A stretch of DNA of 32,000 nt from Planctomycetaceae bacterium (GTDB lineage: Bacteria; Planctomycetota; Planctomycetia; Pirellulales; Pirellulaceae). Position 1 is the stretch's first letter; each line of letters opens with the position of its first letter. Shown piece after piece: positions 25,941-32,000 of this stretch. The stretch covers positions 165,610 through 197,609 of the forward strand of contig JANOBM010000247.1 of assembly GCA_031411655.1 (NCBI GenBank), in the 5' to 3' direction. The notes beneath the pieces were generated by a model, which saw nothing but the letters and a program-made list of their open reading frames with translations, did no database searches and was not told where the DNA came from. The translations under genes and the position numbers were made by a program.

Positions 25941-27428
25941 TTATCGAGTACGGTTGCCGGCAACTTCTGCTAGCCGCATGTATCCGTACATCGTTTGGTC
26001 GCTGCGAATAATCAGGAATTGGCCCTGCGCAGGTTCCTGTTGGGCGACCTTATTCAGGATTCCTTGAAGTTCGCCGATGGATGCCGTTGACCAACCATGA
26101 AGGCCGATGAGTACATCGCCTTTTTGGATTCCCTGAGAATCGGCTGGTGAGCCTTTGCGGACGTCGGCTACAAGCAGACCGCCGCGATAATTTTTGCGAC
26201 TCTTCTTGTTGATATTCTGCATGGCAGTTTTCGAAACTGGCTGTAGCTTGACACCAATGGCAGCCCATGCAAGTGCTTGAGCGTCGTCGCCGACGACTGC
26301 TGGCGCACCGCTGAGTGTCATCGCTACTTTTACCAACTGGCCGGATCTCTCGACTTCGAACGGGATCTGTTCGCCCGCCTGAGCTTCAATCAGAGCTAAA
26401 CCGAAGTCCAAGCGATCATTCGTCGCCACGCCGCCAACTTGAACAATGCGATCACCGGCCTGCAACCCTTCACGGGACGCAGGGCTACTGGCGGCAACAT
26501 GAGCGATCACTACTCCGTCCCCGTCACGCGGCCCGCCTTCGGTGCGCAGGCCAATTGATAAGCGATCTTCGTTGTGACTGCTGATCATGTCGCTTACGAT
26601 GTCGATCGCCTGATCGATGGGGATGGCAAATGCAATTTGTTGCGCACCAATGCGTACTGCAACATTGACCCCGATAATCTCGCCGTGAATGTTCAACAAG
26701 GGACCGCCCGAGTTCCCCGGATTGATTCCAGCACTGGTTTGAATGAGATCGCGATATTCCTGAGTGTCATTGACAGGTACATCGCGATGGAGCGCCGAGA
26801 CGATACCTTCGGTCGCGGTATGGACATATCCGAAGGCATTGCCAATGGCGATCACGGGTTCTCCGACCATCAAGTCGCTACTCGTTCCGCGCGGAATGGT
26901 TTCGAGAGGCTGCGTGACCTTTACTTTAAGAAGAGCTAGGTCACTGCGTATTTCGGTTGCTACTACTTCCGCGGTCGTTGTTGACCCGTCCGCAAGCGTC
27001 ACTTGAACTTGATCAACGTCTTCAACGACGTGAAAGTTCGTGATCACGTACCCTCGGGGGTCAATGACTACTCCGGTGCCCATGCCATTGACGTGGCGAC
27101 CCGCTTCCCCGCTTGCACCCGCCATGGATGCGGCCGTTGCACGAATAGTCTTTTGTCCATGAATGTTGACGACAGCGCCACTACATCGACGGATCGCTAG
27201 TACAGTGGGCGTTTCGCGTTCGGACAGGCTTGTATCCGGATTAGCACCACCGGCCTCTCGGGCGACGAGCATCGGACCCGTCATGGCCAAAGCCAGCGCG
27301 AGCGAGAAACGCTTTGAGTGCTTGATCACGGAGTAGCTTGCCCGCGAAATGACTTCATTTCGTGACGTGCCTTTTCGACCAAGTCTTGACATGAAACGTT
27401 GCATGGAACCCCGCGCATCCGTGAGCAA
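25941..27428 (-). CDS. HtrA/DegP-family periplasmic serine protease with two PDZ domains
   Basis: Catalytic triad contexts GYVITNFHVV (His), SDLALLKV (Asp), GNSGGPLLN (Ser). Two PDZ-like segments (SSPASREGLQAGDRIVQVGG; GSPADSQGIQKGDVLIGLHG). N-terminal signal anchor. The start could be 27428, 27404 or 27392. Confidence 0.88.
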   Translation of the reverse strand: MLTDARGSMQRFMSRLGRKGTSRNEVISRASYSVIKHSKRFSLALALAMTGPMLVAREAGGANPDTSLSERETPTVLAIRRCSGAVVNIHGQKTIRATAASMAGASGEAGRHVNGMGTGVVIDPRGYVITNFHVVEDVDQVQVTLADGSTTTAEVVATEIRSDLALLKVKVTQPLETIPRGTSSDLMVGEPVIAIGNAFGYVHTATEGIVSALHRDVPVNDTQEYRDLIQTSAGINPGNSGGPLLNIHGEIIGVNVAVRIGAQQIAFAIPIDQAIDIVSDMISSHNEDRLSIGLRTEGGPRDGDGVVIAHVAASSPASREGLQAGDRIVQVGGVATNDRLDFGLALIEAQAGEQIPFEVERSGQLVKVAMTLSGAPAVVGDDAQALAWAAIGVKLQPVSKTAMQNINKKSRKNYRGGLLVADVRKGSPADSQGIQKGDVLIGLHGWSTASIGELQGILNKVAQQEPAQGQFLIIRSDQTMYGYMRLAEVAGNRTR

Positions 27429-27723
27429 GCCTTCCGCCCTAGTCCGCTGGCCAAAGACCGCGCGGATTGCCTTGCCAGTGACGAGACTGGCACGAGTGGT
27501 TGCATCGGATGTTCTGGCTATGCAGCTTCACGCATGTGTATTGGCGCGGAAAGGTTTACCTGTCTTAACGCAGGTTTATCCAGTTTGCATCTCAGCGAAG
27601 GAAGTTGCGCTGTCATAGAAGAGGCGCAGTCGCGCCAGTTGGTGTTGCTCCAACGTGGGCCTGAATGCAATTTTTGCAATTCTGACGGGCGAGATGCTTT
27701 GGCAGGTAAGGTTGGTGGCTTAC

Positions 27724-27830
27724 CTAGAGCCTATCCGAAAAGGGGTCTGACGCTCTCCGGGGAGGCCAAAAAACCGATGAAGTCGACTCGCTTCCAAAAG
27801 GGTCAGACCCCTTTTCGGATGGGCTCCTAG
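27724..27830. repeat. Long imperfect inverted repeat (28/29-nt arms, 50-nt spacer), REP/MITE-like
   Basis: Left arm CTAGAGCCTATCCGAAAAGGGGTCTGAC (27724-27751). Right arm GTCAGACCCCTTTTCGGATGGGCTCCTAG (27802-27830). The arms are complementary apart from one mismatch and one 1-nt indel. The right arm also contains a local hairpin AAAAGGG-TCAGAC-CCCTTTT. Confidence 0.9.
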
Positions 27831-27855
27831 TAACAAGGTTTCGTTGCTAGCTGCT

Positions 27856-28287
27856 TCACGAGGCTGCAACAGGGGGTGCCGCCAAAGTTGGTTCGCCAAA
27901 AGCAGGTTGCCAGAATTCTGGGGCAGGGCTTGAGAATACTGGCCTTGTCGGTAGAGGATGAAAGCGAGGCCACGGCACTTCGGGTGTTTTTTCGGGTTCC
28001 TCTACACCTTCCTCCCAAGCGGAGGTATCTGTGGCCGGACAGTAGGAGTCGTCGATTGAAGGCAATGCACCATCAACCTGGACTGGATGCACGGGTGTTC
28101 CCTGCCCACGTGGACGGTGGGGACCGAAGATACCGCCGCGATCCGACGGATCGTCGTACCGTTGGCTAGGAATGTTGAGTGCGACGCACCCACCTGATGG
28201 CACCACGATGCCAAGCAGTGCTGATAGAAGAAGCGGCCGGTAGCAGAAAACGGCTAACTCAGCATAGTATTGAAAGTAGGGGGCCAT
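27856..28287 (-). CDS. Hypothetical Pro-rich secreted protein / possible lipoprotein
   Basis: 143-aa ORF. N-terminal hydrophobic segment ending ...LLLSALLGIVVPSGGC (weak lipobox). The remainder is Pro/acidic-rich with no recognisable domain. Confidence 0.45.
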   Translation of the reverse strand: MAPYFQYYAELAVFCYRPLLLSALLGIVVPSGGCVALNIPSQRYDDPSDRGGIFGPHRPRGQGTPVHPVQVDGALPSIDDSYCPATDTSAWEEGVEEPEKTPEVPWPRFHPLPTRPVFSSPAPEFWQPAFGEPTLAAPPVAAS

Positions 28288-28394
28288 CCGTCGTTCCTAT
28301 GCGTCAGCGCAGGCTAACGCGGTCAAAGCTCCCCCCTGCAATTGTGTCATCGGCCTGTCGCGACCGGTTTCTTTAGAAAATTCTTTTTTATCCT

Positions 28395-29447
28395 TCAAGC
28401 CAGCTCGATGGGAAACGTCAGCACGTCACCAATATTTTCAGTGCCGACCGCGATCATTACCAAGCGATCAAATCCCAATGCCACCCCAGAGCATGCGGGT
28501 AACCCTAAACGCATTGCGTCGACCAAGCGACTTTCTGAGGGTAGGTCGCTTCTACCCGTGGCTAATCGCTTTCGGTTATTGGCTTCGTTTCTCCGGATCA
28601 GTTCGTCGGCGTCCAGCAACTCGCCATATCCGTTTGCAATCTCAAGGCCTTCGATGAGCAATTCAAACCGCTCTGCTGTCGCCGGATCGTCATCGGATCG
28701 ACGAGCGAGTGCGGCTTGAGTGATCGGATAGTTTCGAATCAGAACGCTTTCGGTACAGATGAGTGGCTCAATTCGTTCCGTGAGCAGGACATCAAGCATG
28801 TCGTCACGTTGGCCCGCCAATGCTTTTGCGAGGTGCTGGTCGACGCAAGCGACTTCAAGCTGAAGGCGGTCCAGCGACACATCGATTGGGTCAAAGCCTA
28901 GTGACTCACGAAAAAGATTACGGTAGGACACCACTCGGATAGGATTTTGCACGCGGTTATGGCGGCGAACAGAAGTTTCATGCGTTGACATGGATGACGC
29001 AATCGAGACTGTTTCGGGGGCAAGGTTCAACAAAGATTCGACGAGGTTTATGGTTTGCTCGATCACTCGTTCCATGGATGCGCCCACGTCGTACCACTCC
29101 AGCATCGTGAACTCGACATTATGACGGTGCGATCTTTCGCCGGCGCGAAAAACAGGTCCGAGGCTAAATTGAGAGCCGACGCCTTGGGCGATGAGTCGTT
29201 TCATCGCAAACTCAGGTGACGATTGCAGGTAATAAAAATCGCTACTGGTTCCTTGCGGCATACCCAATGCAGTGCCTAATACGGTGACTGGGTCGATATG
29301 TGCGTCGACGACATTGTCGCGGGACAAGCAAGGTGTTTGCACTTCGATAAAATCGCGGGAGCAAAAAAATTGACGAGTGTTTTGCAACAACGAAGACCGG
29401 AGGCGAAGAATCTCAGCTTTCGAAACTGAAATGGGATCAGCAGTCAC
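28395..29447 (-). CDS. epmA: EF-P lysine-34 lysyltransferase (truncated class II LysRS paralogue, GenX/PoxA)
   Basis: 350-aa ORF (GTG start). FIEVQTPCLS, YLQSSPEFAMKRLIAQG, FSLGPVFRAGERSHRHNVEFTMLEWY, ERFELLIEGLEIANGYGELLD and GLPACSGVALGFDRLVM match the EpmA/LysRS catalytic-core motifs 1-3. No anticodon-binding domain. Confidence 0.85.
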   Translation of the reverse strand: MTADPISVSKAEILRLRSSLLQNTRQFFCSRDFIEVQTPCLSRDNVVDAHIDPVTVLGTALGMPQGTSSDFYYLQSSPEFAMKRLIAQGVGSQFSLGPVFRAGERSHRHNVEFTMLEWYDVGASMERVIEQTINLVESLLNLAPETVSIASSMSTHETSVRRHNRVQNPIRVVSYRNLFRESLGFDPIDVSLDRLQLEVACVDQHLAKALAGQRDDMLDVLLTERIEPLICTESVLIRNYPITQAALARRSDDDPATAERFELLIEGLEIANGYGELLDADELIRRNEANNRKRLATGRSDLPSESRLVDAMRLGLPACSGVALGFDRLVMIAVGTENIGDVLTFPIELA

Positions 29448-29472
29448 GTGAAACCGTGGTTAGGATAGAGGA

Positions 29473-30513
29473 ATGAGCGACGCAGATTCAACACGATACG
29501 ACCGCCAAACCCGATTGCCAATGATCGGTGCCCGTGGGCAGAAGGGCCTGGAGGATTCGCAGGTGGCGATTCTTGGTTGCGGAGCCTTGGGGACGGTTGT
29601 AGCAGATATCTTGGCACGGGCAGGCGTCGGCCGTATGCGGTTGATCGACCGCGATGTGGTGGAATGGACCAATTTGCAACGGCAGTCGCTTTACACCGAG
29701 GACGATGCACGCCTGGGGAAGGCCAAGGCGGAGGCAGCAAGAGATTCGTTATTAAGAATTAATTCGCGTGTCCAATGTGAGCCATTGGTGGTCGATTTAA
29801 CGGTCGACAATATTGATCAAGCCTTGGATGGAGTCGATCTAGTCATCGATGCTGCGGACAATTTCTCGATCCGCTTTTTGTTGAATGATTACTCGCTCGA
29901 AAAAAAACTAGCATGGGTGCACGGCGGCTGTGTCGGAACCAGCGGTCAGGTAGCGTTTTTCACGGGTCAAGGACATCCTTGTTTTCGTTGCCTAGTGCCG
30001 GAGATCCCTCCCGCATCCATTGTTGCAACCTGTGATACCGCCGGGGTACTCGGCTCGGCGACGCATGCGATCGCGAGCCTGCAGGCGACCGAGGCGATCA
30101 AGTGGTTGACTGGCAATCCTCAAGCGATCCGTTCTGGCGTTTGGTCGCTCGATTTTTGGAATAATCGTAGCCGTGTCATTGCGCTTCCTGCTGGTCTCGG
30201 AGAGAAGTGCAAGGCGTGTGGGAGCGGTGAGCGAGAATACCTTTTCGGAACGCTCGGCACCGATATGGCTGCGCTTATTTGTGGACGCCAGGCCGTCCAA
30301 CTGAGTCCCAGGCCTCAGGTGAGCGTCGACCTTCCCATGATCGCAGATCGGTGGAAAAACCATGGAGCAGTTAGTTTAAACCGCTTTTTCGTAAAAGTTC
30401 AGCTGCCCGGTTCGCACTGCCTCACTCTTTTTCGGGACGGCCGGGTTGTCGTCGACGGTACCGACGACATTGCACGCGCCAGATCGCTATATTGCCAACT
30501 GGTGGGAGGATAG
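29473..30513 (+). CDS. ThiF/MoeB/HesA-family E1-like adenylyltransferase, long form
   Basis: 346-aa ORF. RYDRQ, nucleotide loop ILGCGALGTVVADILARAGVG, LIDRDVVEWTNLQRQ, DAADNF, two CxxC motifs (CFRC aa 170-173; CKAC aa 246-249), TCDTAGVLG, plus a ~97-aa C-terminal extension. Confidence 0.8.
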   Translation: MSDADSTRYDRQTRLPMIGARGQKGLEDSQVAILGCGALGTVVADILARAGVGRMRLIDRDVVEWTNLQRQSLYTEDDARLGKAKAEAARDSLLRINSRVQCEPLVVDLTVDNIDQALDGVDLVIDAADNFSIRFLLNDYSLEKKLAWVHGGCVGTSGQVAFFTGQGHPCFRCLVPEIPPASIVATCDTAGVLGSATHAIASLQATEAIKWLTGNPQAIRSGVWSLDFWNNRSRVIALPAGLGEKCKACGSGEREYLFGTLGTDMAALICGRQAVQLSPRPQVSVDLPMIADRWKNHGAVSLNRFFVKVQLPGSHCLTLFRDGRVVVDGTDDIARARSLYCQLVGG

Positions 30514-30652
30514 GTGCCGTTTTTCGAAGCACCCTACCCTCTGCGCTGTCCTGGCAACTACACTTAATGCTCCCGGGCGGGGGAATTAACGTGGTCCAGC
30601 TTTTGGCTGGTCTTCATTTCATGTTCGCAACTTTGCAACTCAAACTATCCCG

Positions 30653-31810
30653 ATGAGATACGCCTTCCGTCTTGCGGAACTTCTTGGTCACACGCACGAT
30701 CGCCGGAAACGTCCGGGGACCATTAAGTCCATTGTTGAACACACTGGATTGGATCGCCATCAAGTGGCCTCGTTGCTAAAGAACGAAGCCAAGTACATAC
30801 CGTTGGAAGCGCTTTCTCGCCTTTGCGATTATCTGATCGATCATGGTTACGCATCCGCCGATCAATTGCCAGGTGCATTGTTTTCCGTTCAAGCGGAGAA
30901 TTTCTGGGAGTTGTTAGCTCGCCGTGGCGATGTGGAGATTTGCGTCGGCGTTCGACAAGGCGAGGGAGAGAAGACTCCAGAAAACGCTTGGATCGTGGCA
31001 TCGGATTCGGTGCTGATCGGGGAATTGCTCAACGGCGTTTCAACGCTTGGTGGTGCCGCCAAGCACGCCAAACGTGAAGCTGCCTCTGGCGATAAGTCAG
31101 CGACGCAGCCGGATATTCCAACCCCCGATCGATTGCAGCAGACCTTGGTATGGAGCCCAGGGATTGTTGCTTTTGAGGAAGCTCGGGCACGCGCTGAAGA
31201 AGTGTTCAATGGATTCGCTGAGGCTCAGGGCGACCGGGCTTTGGTCTGCATCGGCAGCGTCAAAAGCAACCCGGTTGTCGAGTTGGTCTTTGCTGACGCC
31301 TTTGGGTGCACTCCGTTCGTAACTGAAGATGACGTTGACGATACGTCTGCACGGGCCTGTCCGTTCTTCCTTCGCTATCGTGACAAAGACCCCAAGCCTG
31401 GCGCAGCTTCTGCTGGCACGCGCCTGAGCAAGAACGAGGACGCGCCTCAACCTGGTTTCTATTACGAGAAGGACGATGAGACCTGGGCATGGGCTGGCGG
31501 TGGCGGCAAAGACCAAGCACTCGTGTTCTATATTTTTCGTGAGCCGCTTGGTCGCCTTGACATGGTGCTGAGTGGGTTTTCTGGACGCGCTACGCGGTTG
31601 CTCGCCAAGACGCTGGCGATTCGAGGTGAAGAATTCTGGCCCCCGGTATACGAGTCCGGTGGTCTCAAGATCGGAGCCTACATCGTGCAGTACGAAGACG
31701 ATGAGGCAGATGTGCACCGCGATGCCCTGCTTCAAACCTACGAGTCCGCGGCAGCAAAAATCACTCCACTACCCATGCAAGCGATCGCTCGTCGAATGGC
31801 GAGACTGTAG
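30653..31810 (+). CDS. XRE-type helix-turn-helix protein with large uncharacterised C-terminal domain
   Basis: 385-aa ORF. The N-terminal ~65 aa fit the Cro/C1-XRE HTH pattern (FRLAELLG...IKSIVEHTGLDRHQVASLLKNEAKYIPLEALSRLCDYL). The remaining ~310 aa have alternating hydrophobic-strand/helix character but no motif I recognise. Confidence 0.7.
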   Translation: MRYAFRLAELLGHTHDRRKRPGTIKSIVEHTGLDRHQVASLLKNEAKYIPLEALSRLCDYLIDHGYASADQLPGALFSVQAENFWELLARRGDVEICVGVRQGEGEKTPENAWIVASDSVLIGELLNGVSTLGGAAKHAKREAASGDKSATQPDIPTPDRLQQTLVWSPGIVAFEEARARAEEVFNGFAEAQGDRALVCIGSVKSNPVVELVFADAFGCTPFVTEDDVDDTSARACPFFLRYRDKDPKPGAASAGTRLSKNEDAPQPGFYYEKDDETWAWAGGGGKDQALVFYIFREPLGRLDMVLSGFSGRATRLLAKTLAIRGEEFWPPVYESGGLKIGAYIVQYEDDEADVHRDALLQTYESAAAKITPLPMQAIARRMARL

Positions 31811-31861
31811 CGACTCTGACGATGGCTGTGGCGGATGGCAACAGCGTCGCAGTGATGCTTC

Positions 31862-31897
31862 GACCGATGCAATCCCATAAGGGCTGCATCGGTTTTT
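31862..31897 (+). terminator. Putative rho-independent terminator of the HTH gene
   Basis: 8-bp stem CCGATGCA/TGCATCGG (31864-31871 and 31885-31892; extendable by A:T and G:U), 13-nt loop, then TTTTT (31893-31897). Lies 52 nt after the stop at 31810. Confidence 0.6.
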
Positions 31898-32000
31898 CGC
31901 TTTAACGGCCTTCGGACTGTCAGTCGGATTTCTTCGCAATCGACATTAATCCGGCTCGTACTTGTTCGAGGTTGCCGGCAGCGACAATGACTTTGAAAGA

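Noticed and set aside
27349-27830. 89- and 143-aa plus-strand ORFs in the htrA upstream region
   Set aside because: The 143-aa ORF reads straight through the palindromic element, so its C-terminus (...KGQTPFRMGS) is just the translated repeat arm. Neither ORF has a motif, and both start inside the htrA coding region (27349 and 27399, against the htrA start at 27428).
31920-32000. Open minus-strand frame running off the window end (...SFKVIVAAGNLEQVRAGLMSIAKKSD*)
   Set aside because: Only 26 codons are visible and no motif is recognisable. A gene cannot be supported from this fragment.
1-32000. CRISPR arrays, rRNA genes, intact IS elements or prophage, recognisable defence-system genes
   Set aside because: I saw no regularly spaced direct repeats, rRNA-like sequence, complete transposase or integrase, or hallmark defence domains (nuclease/helicase/TIR/SIR2 etc.) on either strand.

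Overview
This 32-kb chromosomal segment reads like a Planctomycetota (Pirellulales-type) genome. That placement is an inference from a DUF1559 pseudopilin-type gene, a PheT without the B2 domain, weak Shine-Dalgarno usage and the overall gene content. I support 27 protein-coding genes, 3 pseudogene stubs and 1 tRNA.

Most of the window is housekeeping:
- a GspE/PilB secretion ATPase with an atypical stand-alone receiver
- a UxaE-like epimerase
- rpmI-rplT-pheS-pheT
- a CbiX/SirB chelatase, an HMA-like protein and FolC
- Nth, HtrA/DegP, EpmA and a long-form ThiF/MoeB E1-like enzyme

Accessory or decayed parts:
- Downstream of tRNA-Ala(CGC) lie a tyrosine-integrase C-terminal stub and an IS66 transposase stub. 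They bracket a 4-TM protein, a 534-bp stretch with no long ORF and an MBL-fold hydrolase.
- A DUF1559 gene is reduced to a leaderless, frameshifted half.
- Two intergenic palindromic elements share terminal sequence (REP/MITE-like).

Best candidates for undescribed biology:
1. A translationally coupled trio at 11323-16193: an ABC ATPase, an ABC-2 permease with a roughly 270-aa His-motif-bearing external insertion, and a 661-aa membrane-anchored protein with an acidic repeat tail.
2. An XRE-HTH protein fused to a roughly 310-aa unrecognisable domain at 30653-31810.

I saw no CRISPR array, rRNA or intact mobile element. All functional calls rest on motif recognition by eye. No searches were run.
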